NCBI GenBank assembly: GCA_000320545.1 | Contig: ADNK01000694.1 | Coordinates: 1 to 64,000, forward strand | Length of the DNA stretch: 64,000 bases | DNA from: Bigelowiella natans CCMP2755 | Lineage: Eukaryota > Protista > Cercozoa | Reading direction: 5' to 3' | Shown here: piece by piece, positions 1-14,597 of the stretch | How positions within the stretch are numbered: the first letter of the stretch is position 1 | Layout: every line of letters begins with the position of its first letter | The notes under the pieces: generated by a model | Seen by the model: only the letters and a program-made list of their open reading frames with translations | Database searches by the model: none | What the model was told of the DNA's origin: nothing | Translations under genes and position numbers: made by a program

Positions 1-2430
1 ATAGGACGTTGTGGTATAAGCGGCATCACCATCCAGTCCCTGTTGTTGATCCTCAAACATTCGAGCTTATTGTGGAGGCAGACGGTACTATATCATTAAA
101 CTACTGCTACTTACTACTGCACTTGTTGCTTAAATACTTCCTCTCTCTATATCTTTTCTTCTTATTTTTCTTTTTCATGTCCATATGTAAGAGCCCTTCC
201 ATGCACAAGTAAAATGATGAATACAACACATATATTCTTCTATTTACTCAACTACTACTTGGTTTTTGGCATGCAATGCAGAGGGGGTGTCCTCCTCCTC
301 CTCCTCCTCCTCCTCCTCCTCCTCCCCTCCCTCCGGCATGCGGACCCTGAAACTGAGCTTGGAAGATTTGAAGACAAAATTCCCCAAGCACACTGTTACG
401 ACAACACTTCAGTGTGCAGGCAACAGGAGGTTTCAGCAGTCTTATTATTAGTTGCGACATGTTTATAATTGTAATCATGATGATGATGATGATGATGATG
501 ATGACGATGGTGGTGGTGGCCTACTACGCTTTCACTTCATTATTAAAAAAAGAGAGAGGTAGTAGAAGATGACAGTATTGACTAACCAGCCGTAGCAAAC
601 AAGAAAGCAGAACCTCAAAAAAGAGTAAGAGCAGTTTTGTTGGTATGATATTCTCTTGATAGCTTGTTCTCTAGTCTCACAATTGCATACAGCACTTATC
701 CATCCTCATCACGCAAATGTACTGGTTTCCTTCTCTCTCTCTCTTTTATTATTATTATTACTACTACTACTACCTCCTAGATCAGAGTTGAATGCTCTTG
801 GTGAGAAGACGCAAGGGCTATGCTGGACAACTGGGGCCGTAAGCACTGCACAGTGGGCTGGTGCTAAGCTAAGAGACGTCCTCAAAGAAGCAGGTACTAG
901 TTACCATGCACTAGTAATGTAATGTGACGTGACGTAACGTAGCTTTTAGCATCCACAGCAGTAGTAATGCCACCATGATCATCATCATCATCATCATTAT
1001 CATATGAAGTAATACCTCAAAAGACTATTACTGCTGCTACTACTACTCTAACCCTAACAATCTTTCCAGGGATTGACCCTGAAAAGCCTGGGTGCAAGCA
1101 CGTATGGTTCATGGGCCTTGACCCCCCTTATGATGCCTCCATTCCAGTCAAGAAGGCGTTGGATTTATATGGCGATTGCCTGCTCGCATACGAGATGAAT
1201 GGCGACACCCTTCCCCGTGATCATGGGTAGTAATTTGCTTGTAGTGGGATACTAGCTGTAGGTTATCTGTGTAGCTTACTGCTGTTATGCGTGCTCGAGC
1301 AGCATTGCAGTGATAACCTTTCATTATCACGAAGATGCAACACCTAATCTTCTCGCAGTCCAACGTGTTTATGTGTGTACGTATACGTGTACGTGTACGT
1401 GTGTGTGTGTGTGTGTGTACAGATGTGTGTGCGTGCGTGTGCATGTGTGTGGTATTCTGCCCGTCCTCTTCCCCCTCTCCCCCTCTTCCTCCCCCTCCTC
1501 CTCCTCCGCTGCCGCCGCCTCATGTAAGCCTGAATATATGATAATTTCTTATTATTATTACCAAAAGATATCCAATTCGAGCCATCGTTCCTGGTCACGT
1601 GGCTGCTCGCAACGTGAAGTGGGTGAATAGGGTTGTGGCTTCAAATCAAGAATCACATAGCGGCTGGCAAAGAGGAGTGCAGTACAAAGGTAGATTCTTC
1701 TTTCTCCTCCTCTTCTTCTTCTTCTTCTTCTTCTTCTTGTCTTGATATCAATTCCTACATGCGTTTGTAGTAGTGGTAAAAGTAGTAGTTGTAGAAGTAG
1801 CAAGTAGTAGTAGAAGAAGAAGAAGAAGTAGCAGCAGTAGTAGTAAATAGTGAATTAGTGGCACTAGTACTTACTGCTTGCCAGTATCAAGTGAGAATGA
1901 TGAACACTGGCGACCTGCTGACGCCACTGTAGGTTTTTCCTCCAATATCAAGTCCTTTAAAGGAGTCGATCCTTCAAAGGTAGTGTGCAATGTCTATCAA
2001 CAATCATCATCATCATGATCCTTGATATCAGCATCATTTAAGAACAACAACAACAACAATGACAATGCTACAACGTGATTCTTGGTTGGTGCTGACATAA
2101 CACATGACACATGACACATATGATAGGTCGCCTCTGTGCAAGAGCTTCCTGTTCAATCAGCCATATGTGAGCCTCTGCCTAACTCTACTATTTCCGAGGT
2201 ACTACTACTACTACTAGTAGTAGTACTACTACTAGTAGTAAGACTATGTAACTGAGCAACCAACCAACCAACCACCATATGCATTAATAGTAGTATATAT
2301 TCCCATCATCGTTAATCTTCCATACTTCAGAGCCTATAAACAATAAACCCAACAAAAGACGCAATGATTAAGATTTATCGTTATTGTACGTAATGCAATT
2401 GTTTGTTGCTTCCACCCCCCTCTCCCTATG

Positions 2431-2466
<36 letters not shown>

Positions 2467-3175
2467 TATTTGCTGCTTCTCCTTCTTGGCCCCCTGTCTT
2501 CTGTCTTTTATCCCTTCCCTCAATAACAAGGACGAAGAAAGTGTTAACGTGCGCGGATGGGCCTGGAGTGGGGGAGGGCGCGGTATCGTACGCGTCGATG
2601 TTTCGAATGATCAGGGAAAGACCTGGCACACAGCAGAGCTTAACAAATTGAATCAGAAAGAGGTGAAAAATAATAGCGGAGATTCAGAAAGCTTGCTGCA
2701 TATCTCTCTTTTTGCGCTGCTGTTAATTAATAATGCCACAACATTGCTCAAAGCACCTGACGACCCTTCATTGTAAACGACGTATTGGCATCCCATCCAA
2801 GCATATGTTCAAACGCTTTTATTATTATCATCATCATCATCATCATCATCATCATCGTTGGTATGACTACTAACCCATTACTCATCATGATCAGGGGCAA
2901 GAGTGGGCTTGGACGTTGTGGGAAGCAGACATTCCAATTCCGCATGGTGGTGGTGGTGGTGGTAGTAATGGCGACTCCTTCCAGGTTCGGGCTAGTAGCA
3001 GCAATCGAAGCAGCAGCAGCATTAGCAAAAGTGTATCCCCCCCTCTTGTTGTGTTTATGTTAGTTGCTGCGATGAGTCAATAGTCAAGCAGATCGTCGTT
3101 CTTGATTTTTACAGATGTGTGACCGGTTTTGAAGTTTGTGGGGTATATTGCTGTCTGATTTGAACGGCGACGAAA

Positions 3176-3206
<31 letters not shown>

Positions 3207-3307
3207 TTCCTCTTATTCTTTTGATGGAAAGTAGATTTGTGCGCGGGCAATCGATACATCTTACAACTCTCAACCTGGGGACGTAGGGCCTCTCTGGAAC
3301 TTAAGAG

Positions 3308-3344
<37 letters not shown>

Positions 3345-3423
3345 CAGTAAGTAGTAGTAGTCGTCATGATGGCATGTTAATACGAAAGAAAAACATGTCT
3401 GCTGTATCATCATCGCCTTGAGT

Positions 3424-3455
<32 letters not shown>

Positions 3456-3567
3456 TATCATATCATTGATTGAGTCTGCGTCGGTTGTTCATTCATTAGG
3501 CATTTTGAACAACTCCTGGCACCGGATCAATGTCAAAGTAGATAGGGACAACTCTAGAACTAGCTAA
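1..3567 (+). CDS. SUOX: Sulfite oxidase (molybdopterin oxidoreductase plus Mo-co dimerisation domain), multi-exon, 5' end outside window
   Basis: Spliced GT-AG exons give [21 protein letters not shown] (Mo-ligating Cys), [46 protein letters not shown]|[68 protein letters not shown]|[11 protein letters not shown], with stop TAA at 3565-3567. Confidence 0.93.
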
Positions 3568-4161
3568 GCTGCGATTCTGGCCAGAGATCGATAGCGGTAT
3601 TTTCTCACCATGATAAATGGAATAATTGCTGAACGGGTACTAGCATTATTGGTAGAGAGTGCTATGCGTTTGAATGTCTGCATAAGTGATGTAGCTGTGT
3701 AGTCCATAAATAACCCTCACTGAGCACACGATCAGTGCTTTCCCAATGCACACTTACTTGCTCATTAACCTGTTGCATGACTTTGGCTGAGAGTAGCTCA
3801 TGCGTTATTACCATATGAGCGCGTTCATTAAAGCTAAGTAAATTTTGAAAAGTCGAGTGTGGTCGCCGCGCGCCGTGCCCGTGCATGAAAATTGCACAAT
3901 GATATGGAAACAACTCTGCAGCAACCTATGCGCTTTGGACCACTGCATAGCGTTACTGATTCGATCTCGTGCTATAAATTTACATAAATCATTTGAAATA
4001 CGTGGGGTAAGTATGATGAGTAGCAGATTATTGCTTCCTTTGGAGTACGCGACGAAGAATCTGGATGTAAGATACTTGCATGCAGCGCACAAAACACGTA
4101 CAATTGAAGTGGCTATGCCTATATGATCTCGAAGTGACACTAATACGATAATCCCACGTGG

Positions 4162-5940
4162 TCACGGACTAACATATTTTATAAAACTGTCACCTGACAT
4201 CTTATCTATTTGGATATCGATTCCAATATCGATGTCGTCTTTGATGGCGTCAATATGTGTAATGATGATTAGATAGCGATACTGCTGCCGAAGATAATCA
4301 AATATCACACCTACACGACTGAGATTCTCAGAATCTAAGCACCCTGTGTAAAATTAGCATTTATCTTGTCAGAAATGAGTCTAATAGGTCGAAGACATTT
4401 GATCACTTATGTTTAATCTCTTCCAGTAATAAAATAATAACTTCTGTGTCAGTTAACAGCATAGTTCTGAATAGATGTTGTTGAATCATTCTATTCTTAC
4501 GAATGTTATCATTTGTTTCATACCGAATCCCTCGTCTATGGCGACAAAATCAGGTTTGCTCCTCATTGAGAACCAAGATAATGCAATCTGGATAACAAGA
4601 CCGGCTATAAATCGCTCATAACCTGAACCATTGGCGATACTACAGCTGAAGAAAGTAGGTGGAGATGAAGATGATGATAAGGTTGAAACTGGTTCTTTCG
4701 TATTTCCGAAGTTTTCGATGCCCTCTGCTTCTATATTGGGTTGACCATATCGTGTGTGGTGTAGGAAACGCTCATCTCGACTAAATTGAAGAGAAAATAA
4801 AATGTTAGGGATGAACAATCTCATGTTCATAAGATAGCATCGGTGATGATTAAGTTCGGCTAAATACTACGAATTAATACTAACATATTTTAGGGGTAAT
4901 ACCCTATCAAGACGTCAACACCGTCCTTTTGATTTATAAGCTTCAAGGAGAAATCAGATACCGATAACAAAATCATATTGATCTTCTCCTCCAGATAACA
5001 TGGATAACTATTGTTCAGCTAACATTGAGACTATACCTGACAAAATTGTAATAATAAAAAATTACCAAACACTAAATACGATGCAAACAAACGTAGCATT
5101 CCTTGATAATAACGATAAACTATGATTTTTTATAGCATTGTAACTACTTTTAAAATTTCATTTTTGTTATTGTATTATGTCTATGTGCGCACAAACACGC
5201 TTAAGTGTATTATGTTTGAAATTATTTATGTGTCATGTTGTTATTATTGCCAGCAAAGGTTATATCATATTCACCTTTTTTCGATGTTGCCTCGACAATA
5301 GTGGAATAGCTATCAACCAGTAACTCCAAATCATCCATCTGCTTCTTAACCTAAAATTTGACAAAAAATGGCAATGACGACATCACGAATGCCTTCAATG
5401 ACTAATAACATATTTTATGACATATTCATAAATGTAGAATGACCGCCGGAAATAGGTGGCAGTCTTATAGATAGCAAGTCTCTACGTGTTGTAACCCTCA
5501 CAAGACAATAATTGATCGACAAATAAATCTACCGAAGAAAGCTCCTCTTCCTTACTCAAAGTCTGAATCAATAGTATAAAAAAGTGGAGATTTTATTTTT
5601 AGTTCAGATGTAATAATTTCTTTCGACGAATGTTTAATTTGATAATTACCAAAGCTATCTCCACCTCTGCCTTGTTCTTTTTCTCACTGTCATGGGCTAA
5701 ACTTCGTTCTAAGACACTCAGATTTGCACGCAGACATGAAAGATTTTTTTCAATTTCTGTGTTGAACTGCACAGCTTTCAAATGCTCTTTTAGATTATCC
5801 ATCTCATGATGGAGTTGTTTCTGGTCGGAGATGATCTGCAATTTCTCCTCATTAGCTTGTGCTATTGTTGATTCCTCTTCATTAAGGCGGGAAGAGAGCG
5901 ATCGCATCTTAGAGAGACTAACCAAACACAGATAATAATG

Positions 5941-5978
<38 letters not shown>

Positions 5979-6631
5979 AAACACACACACAAACACACAA
6001 ACACACACACACAAACTGATTATCATTATTGCTCACATCAATTGTATAAATATGTAGAAAGCTGTAAAGAGTTAGCTCGCTTGACTTTCTCTAATTCTTC
6101 GCTTTTCTTTTCTGATTTAAAGTTTACCGAATGTGCAGATTTTCAAATTCAGAGTTTACAGATGTTCTGGCTTTGTCTATCTCTTCTTCGACATCTTTTA
6201 TCCTTTGTTTCACTATTTCGTTCTCTCTTCTATCTTTCTCAGCATTCTGTTCTAGGACGAGAGCATGTTCGAGTCTACCAAATCGCAAAAATTACTATGT
6301 TTATTCACAATTCGAATTAAAATAGGCGATATATGCCTATCTGATAATATAACGATTGTACATCTGTTTGATAAACTCCATCGCTTGGAATAAAGTAAAT
6401 ACATGTACAAGAATCAACCAGTTTTCATTCGATTACTTACTGAGAGTGTAGATTTTGTGAAGAGTGGATATCCTTTTGTAATTTTAGCAATTTCATGTTA
6501 AGTGCGTGCATTCGATCGCGATGCACATTTATACTTGACTTCAACGCCCAATATCTGATAATAATTGTTTGTTCTGTTCGTCAGTAGTATATCGGTGGCA
6601 CATTTTGTGCAATACGCTACTAAAATAGAAA

Positions 6632-6710
<79 letters not shown>

Positions 6711-8966
6711 TAATATACATGATACAATAAAGCAGATAAATAGACTTTAAATAATCTATTGGTAGCGATGATTTTTAACAATATTCGTATGGCAATATAG
6801 CTCAACTGTATTTGCAATAGTTACATCATACATCATTTCAAGTTAATTAATCTTCAAATATACTCATATGTAAATATATAAATGCGTATGTATTATATGC
6901 ACTTACGCCAGTGTGAGCAATAAAACGAGATACACCCTAATACATTTGCTACCTCTCAACTTTCTTTTCAGTGTTCTGATCTGTATCATTAAGAGTCCTT
7001 AGCGTCTGTCTGAGAGACTTTGCTTTACTTTCTGCACTATTTAGTCGCATCTGTGCCATCTGGGCGTCGAGAACGAAACTATTATTGGTGCAATACGGGC
7101 AATCTTTATTAAAAGTGTGTGTATCTAGAAGACGCAGCTTTTCTTTTTCAATTTCTATGCGCTCTGATAATGCACTGAGATTGGCCAGCAACCATCTTTC
7201 TCGAACGGAAACCTGCATGTAATTAAAAAATGGTAGAATACAAGAAGCTCAGCTCTTAAAAAATAGTTGCCCAAGTAATACCAGCAATGTCAGTGGCTGC
7301 AGCAGTAAGTAGCAGTAGTGGTAATAGAGATATTAGTTGTTGTAGTAGTAGTTAGTACCGGTGCCCTGCGAGCAAAGCTCATCATTATTCCTGTATGATT
7401 ATTCAACGTGGAGCACGAACGCAAATATAGGAATATTGATCAGACTGATTTGGTTTTTGAGTCGGTATATGTAGATATACTTTTGATTAATAAATAAATA
7501 CCATGAAGATTATCTGCCTCATCCTGCATCTGGTCTAATGTGCTATTGATTTTGAGAATAGCAGGCAAAACTTCTTTGTTTTTCTCCACAATCAATCTGT
7601 TTAATATTTCCTTTTCATTTTTAATCTTTTGCGCTACAGTAGGTACAGCTGAACTAGATGATGTTACTTCTCTGGTTAAGTTTCCGTACAACTGTCGCAG
7701 TTTGTCGTTGAGTATCCGTAAAACTGCTGTCTGATTGGCTAAGAAAACTGTCTTATGCCTATACTCGATTGCAGCTATTTCCTCCTCTTCTACCGAGATT
7801 TGACTCAACTCTTTTCGTATGCTTTCCGCGCTAGACTGACAATTTTTGGATACAACCTCGATTTGTGCCAGCCTGGCATCCAGCACAGCCTTCTGTCGAC
7901 GAAAGCGCTCAACAAAATCTTTTTCATCTCCTATTTCTTCCCCCCCTAGTAGGACTAAATGTGGGGTAACATCTCCTAAAGGGATCAGCTGCTTAAGACC
8001 GGATTCGATTTGATGCCGACACGTATGTAGGGCGCGTTGAGTAATTTGGATGCTGGTGGCAGCTTGTTCAATGGACTTGGTGAGTACTTCATGTTGCTGA
8101 GGAAGATTCATTGAGTGGAGCGATGTAGCCTATATACGAGGCAATAGTAAAATTAATGAAACTTGTTATAACTAATCAGCAATTATTTATGACGCTGTCA
8201 CCAGGACATGATCGTTATATCTTATGGCACATGTGTTATGTTCTTAGGATGTGTTATTGATTAAGATTGCCTTCTTTCTAAGCTCTGCAAGGTGAAATTT
8301 GGCGATCTTAAGTCTATCCCTGGCTTCTTCATTCATCGATTCGAACACATTCAATCGAAGAAGCTCACCGAGATATTGCTTTCGACGGCCCTAATGATTA
8401 ATTATACGTGATATCATGCATGTGCGGGATATTTAGATAGTACTGCATTGGTCTCATAATGATCGTAATAATACGTATGAAATACGTACAGTGTGGTGTC
8501 AAAAAATTGCAGTGTGGATTTTCTGCTGCAGATAAAAAAAACCACGCACCGGGGTAAGATTAAGAAAGAATGAAGCAGCGGACGACTGGAGAACTATATT
8601 TGTTCCAACAAAGTCTTCGTAATTCCCTACCTGGTAATGATATTAATGTGTATAACTATAGATGGAATAATCAAAAAGCTGGAGACAAATAAAATGGAGA
8701 TAATCTATTGAAATCAGTCGCTATAATGAAAGAGAAAGAGCGAGAGGGGTTGGAGAGTCAAATATCACACTGCTACTACTATTTACTACTACTACTACTA
8801 CTCCTACTAATATAAGTACCAGCGATACGATATTGCGGTTCGTTTCGAATCTGTCAACTCCTGATCAATGGTATATTATGGATGGATGTCCACCAATGAG
8901 CAACATATTCATCTGCAATCAACGTAGATTTTGCCATTATTTCTCTCTCTATATCTTTCTCTTACG

Positions 8967-9019
<53 letters not shown>

Positions 9020-9381
9020 ATACATGTGCGTGCGTGCGTGCGTGCGTGCGTGCGTGTGCATGGCGTGTGTATATAATTCTCCTGATGATAACCGCTTAAG
9101 CACGTAATAACGCCGTTTCGATCTTCTCGGTAGAACTCTGCGTCAATTTTTGCAGATTTTGCCGTTCTACATTGAAGAACATCTTTGTTATTATTCTGCA
9201 ACAACATAAATGTATGCACCCCTTCTGCCCGCCCTTTCTCATAATATTCATTTTTTTTTCAATAAGGAATAAGATAAAAACTTGAGTCGTAGTAAGACAT
9301 TGTAGCAATAATGATCGACTTTCAATTTATTTTCATCTGTGAAGGAGTAGTAGTACGTAAGTTGAGAATTAAACTACATAA

Positions 9382-9420
<39 letters not shown>

Positions 9421-11082
9421 CTTTCTTTTCCACCTTTTTCCTCTACGCACGATCGTGTAGGTACTTGCGCCAATTTGAAATTTTAGCTCACATTCGCATT
9501 TATTATGCCTTCTACTCGAATAATAACAAAATGAATTATTATTATTGGTGGTAATTAATGATGATGATATAGCTTTACAATAAGATTATACTAAAGAGAT
9601 CTGATTCTTTTTCTTCTTTTTTGTCGTCGCCATAAGCAACTATTCTTTGCTGAAGAAAGTGATATTGAACTACCGATTCATAATCTCCACACGGTCGCCC
9701 CTTGAATGTCTGACGAATGAGTGAACAGATAGTATTTCATAAATACCACTATGCAATCATTATCATCGTCAACAACAGAAACAACAACAACAGCAACAAC
9801 ATTCATGTGAATAATGTTAACAACACAAAAATGAATGCTATTACATACCTTCCGCAGGAAGAAAGTAAAGAAAATAGATGGTATTTGGTGAATAATCTTA
9901 CTTATATGAGTTTGATTATTATGTAGAAGCAGTAGCTACATGGTGAGAGTGATAATATCTGTCTTCTACCTGTCAAAGAGTGCAAATAGAATCACATCTA
10001 ACACTGCTGATTTGCCTATGTGATTCTGGCCAAGAATGCCAACAACACCCTGCATTCCCTCAAAATCAATATTGTTTCCTCCCCCATAGCAAAACATGTT
10101 TGAAAACTTAAGCGAGACAAGACGCCATTGTGTTGATGATGACGGCGGTGAGGATAGGGGAGATGATGTTTTGCGATGAAGGAGGTTGATGCCACTGCCG
10201 GTAGTAGTAGTAGCCTGATTGTTGTTCTTCCTTTGGATTTCCTCAAAAGCTGTCATTGCTCTGGACAATGCTGCTTCTGTGAAATTGAAGTGATCATGAA
10301 GATAATTCCGCATCAATTTGCGCTGGCCTTCGAGATCATGAAGTTGGTCCGACAAAGAGTAAGAATGCTGTTGTTGTTGATCCATACACATTTGTTACTA
10401 ATGCTGCACGATGATGATGACGATGATGACGACGACGATGATGATGATGATTAGACTCATTGACTAATACTACTCAATTTGCAGCTTATTAAAATCCACA
10501 TACCATGTAATATGCTGGTAACTTGTGGTAGTTTAAGATGGTAATTAGTTTTATTCTTACAGCTACTACTACTACAATTCAGTATATAATCAGTCCTTCT
10601 TATTCACGTATCACAATTGACCTCTGACTTTAGCTGTTTCTCCTGCTGGTTATGGATGCTAAGAACACCTCTATTGTGGTCGTCGTCGTCGTCGTCGTCG
10701 TCGTCGTGTGTATATTGTTCAGGACCACGGATGGTATTATCACCATTGTAATTGTTTTTTTGATGATCTGATTAGTAGTTAGACGGGGGATCATGTAATT
10801 GATGCTCTGATTAGTAGTTAGACGGGGGATCATGTAACTACTATGACTAATGATATTATAAGTAGGACAAATAGTATAGTAGTGATAGTCGTAGTATTAG
10901 TAACAATAGTGGTAGTAGTAGTAGTTGTAGTAATAGTAGCAGTCAATATTTTGGTAATAACATGAGAAAAGCAACATTTAGTTATGTTAATTATTGCAGG
11001 ATGATGATAGTTGATGTCTGGGTAGTAGTAGTGGTAGTGGTAGTGGTAGTGGTAGTACACAGAGTTTCACACATCATATATT

Positions 11083-11152
<70 letters not shown>

Positions 11153-11220
11153 TTCCAAGCAAACACACACTCATATTCATAGTACTACATATTATTCCAT
11201 ATATAAATATTCTGAGCATA

Positions 11221-11252
<32 letters not shown>

Positions 11253-11644
11253 TACTACTGCATGTTGTATATAAGTTGTACCACCCGGTGAATAATAAGC
11301 TTGTTCTTGTGTTGTGCTGTGATCTACTGCTGCTGGTTCCAAAGTAGACCGGTGGCGAATGGTGTATTCAAGAATATTAATATGATGATTATTTTCCAAA
11401 TCCTCTAAGACCTTTTCGGTATTATGTTGGTTATTAGTCAGGTGATGATGATGATGATGATGATGATAATGATGATGCAGAGGAGGAGGAGGAGGAGGAT
11501 AAAAATGATAAGTGTAAGAAAAGAGCAAGAGGAGAATCGAACAAATTGGCACTATTTATGAGCGCTTATATTTCAACTCTCACTCTCTCTTTCTCTTTCT
11601 CTCTTTTTCCACATACACTTAAACACACACACACACACACACAG

Positions 11645-11687
<43 letters not shown>

Positions 11688-12458
11688 TACATACACAGAT
11701 ACGCAGGTAGTTATTCAATAAAAACATATGATATCTTTATTCTTCATCTTGGAGAATATCAAGTGTTGTGCACTAATACCGTTAAGAAGTCCGAAATTGA
11801 TGTGTTTGCAAGCTCAAATCGTACTCTAGCATGCTTTGGGATGAGTCTCCTCTGGGCTTGATCTACTTCTTCCACGGTATTGGTGCTGCTGCTTAACTCT
11901 TCCACACCATCATCATCTATTTCCCCATCTCTCTTGCCTTTCTGGTTACTGTCGGAATATATATTAGTATAATCATTCATTATTGTATCAATTATTATCG
12001 TCGTCGTCCTCCTCCTCCTCTTCTATGTATACCTTTTCTATAGGGACGGGGATACGCATGGGTTTTTTCCGGGTAGCGCAGTAGTAGTAGTAGTAGTAGT
12101 GTAGTAGTAGTAGTAGTAGTAAAAATGCCTGAAATAGTAGTCGCATCATTATTATTATTATTATTATCTAGCAGGGGTACTACCTAAGAGGAAGAAGACC
12201 TCGATGTTGTTCAATACCATAGCCACCACCAGTACCAGGGCTATTGCTCACACCGATAATCTAGTAGTCGTATAAGTAGTAGTAGTAGTAGTAGTAGTAG
12301 TCGCAGCAGTAGTAGCCATACAGCACGTGGAGAATAATGAGAATAAGTATGATTAAGTCTTATTATTACCTAAACACAATACCATATATGATATGTAATG
12401 ATAATAATGATGATAATAATAATAACATGAAGTGTAGTATTCTCATAATTACTTATTG

Positions 12459-12491
<33 letters not shown>

Positions 12492-13106
12492 TTGAAGTAC
12501 AACTCGACTACTAGTGATATAAGTTCTTATACCTTTGCATTTTCAATCTTCACAGTACAAAAGCCATACATGTTGGGGACGTTAATTAGGGTGCTTTCTC
12601 CCGTATTCATATCCCAACGTAGGTACCCATGGAAATCACCAGATTCTCCATGATTTTGTTGGATTAGAGATCCTTAAAGAAGAAGAAGAAGCAGAAGAAG
12701 AAGAAGAAGAAGAAGAAGGAGAAGAAACATCATCATCATATAACTATAATAACTCAATTGATTGATTATTGTGACGTTAATGAATACTACTAATGGTTCT
12801 GCTTCTTCATGTTTATTATATTTGAAGTATCTCTCAATTGCTCCTATACAACTAGAGAAACATACTAGTAACCTGCTGCGGCTGCTGCTGTTTTTTTTCC
12901 CTTTTTACTAGCAGTACTAGTACTATAGAAGAATGGCATGAGATACTTACTACTACTACTACTACTACACTATGGAATTGCTATGAGCACGGAACAAATA
13001 TTACCAGCGTAGGCCATTCTTCGATTCTTATCGACGTACTGAAACTTATGTATATCTCCCAACATAGCAAAATCATACCCTTCAAAAGAACGCCAACCTA
13101 TGGTAT

Positions 13107-13137
<31 letters not shown>

Positions 13138-14371
13138 TATAAATCTAATGACGAATGAATGAAGGAATAATAATGCAGCATCAAGGAGTCGTAGGTAGGC
13201 AATATTGATGATGATGATGATGGTGTTCTTAGACACTGTGCTACTACTACTACTTCTACTACTACTACTAAATATGTTGATCTAATAATACATGACAACT
13301 GTGGAGCTAAAGATGCGAGATAGGGTATTGGTGGTGGTGGTGATAATACAGGTGGTGGTGGTGGTGGTGGTTGGTGATGATGATGGTACGATGGTGTTGG
13401 TATTAGTAATGTTATTAGTTTTGTAATGATACAGGATGTGGATTTGCAATGACGATAATACCAATACCAATGTTAATATTAATAATGACAATAATAATAA
13501 ATCTTATCAGTGATGGTATTATTAGCAGACAGAGCGTGATCAGTGGTATGAATGACGTACTTGCTAATAATTAGCAACTTGATTCTACTACACACCTTCT
13601 TATCAACATGTACTACTAATTGTTATTGTTGTTGTTGTTGTTGTGGTTGTTGTTGTTACCAACCAATTTCTCCTGAAAGTTTGAATCCGGTGTCAGTCTC
13701 TGCCCCCATGAGGGAACCATGATACAATGCGATTGTGCTACTGCAACACTCTCTCATGCTCTGCTCACTTCGAAGATTCTTACATTAATTATGTAACAAA
13801 TAAGCACTGATGAGGATGTTGTTGTTGTTGTTGTTGTTGTACTGCAACACTCTCTCATGCACTTCGAAGATTCTTACATTAATTATGTAACAAATAAGAA
13901 CTGATGAGGATCATGATGATGATGGTGATATCAAGCCCGTAACACTTTTATCATCGATCGTGACCAGTATATACTACTACTACTATTACTACTACTACTA
14001 CAACTTTCATCACCACCAACATCGTCAATAACATTGATCTGATCGATGCATCACGTCATCATCATCATCATCATCATCATCATCACCATAATCTCTTTCC
14101 TTATTTCTTCTCTATCTTCTCTGTCTTCTTTTGCGTGTTCTTCTGTATCGTTATGTTATATCGAGTGCTGCTTTGTTGTGTTCCTTTAGTCTCCTCCTCA
14201 CCCCATTTCTACGTCGTATCAGCGCGGCTTCAACATCTCGAATTGTAACAATTTTGTCGTCCACAACCTAATGTGTAAAAACAACAACACAGGACAGAAG
14301 AGAATGAATCATAATCTTCTTCCTTATAATGTGTAGTTACATTTAGCACATTTCACCATCAACATCATCAC

Positions 14372-14406
<35 letters not shown>

Positions 14407-14561
14407 CCGACGAGACTCCGAAAATAAGATTCTTGTAGCGATAAACACCAGAATTGCGGATGTACGTGACTCTGATGATGTGAAAGTAGTATCGTGTTAT
14501 GTAATAATAATGCTGTATGCATTAATCTTATCATTAGTAATTGATACCAATCTTGCCCATT

Positions 14562-14597
<36 letters not shown>

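Noticed and set aside
3662-4140. Three overlapping ORFs of 83-110 aa between SUOX and the Mre11-Rad50 gene
   Set aside because: No recognisable motifs. They lie in a convergent 3' gap, and reduced TpA lowers stop-codon frequency.
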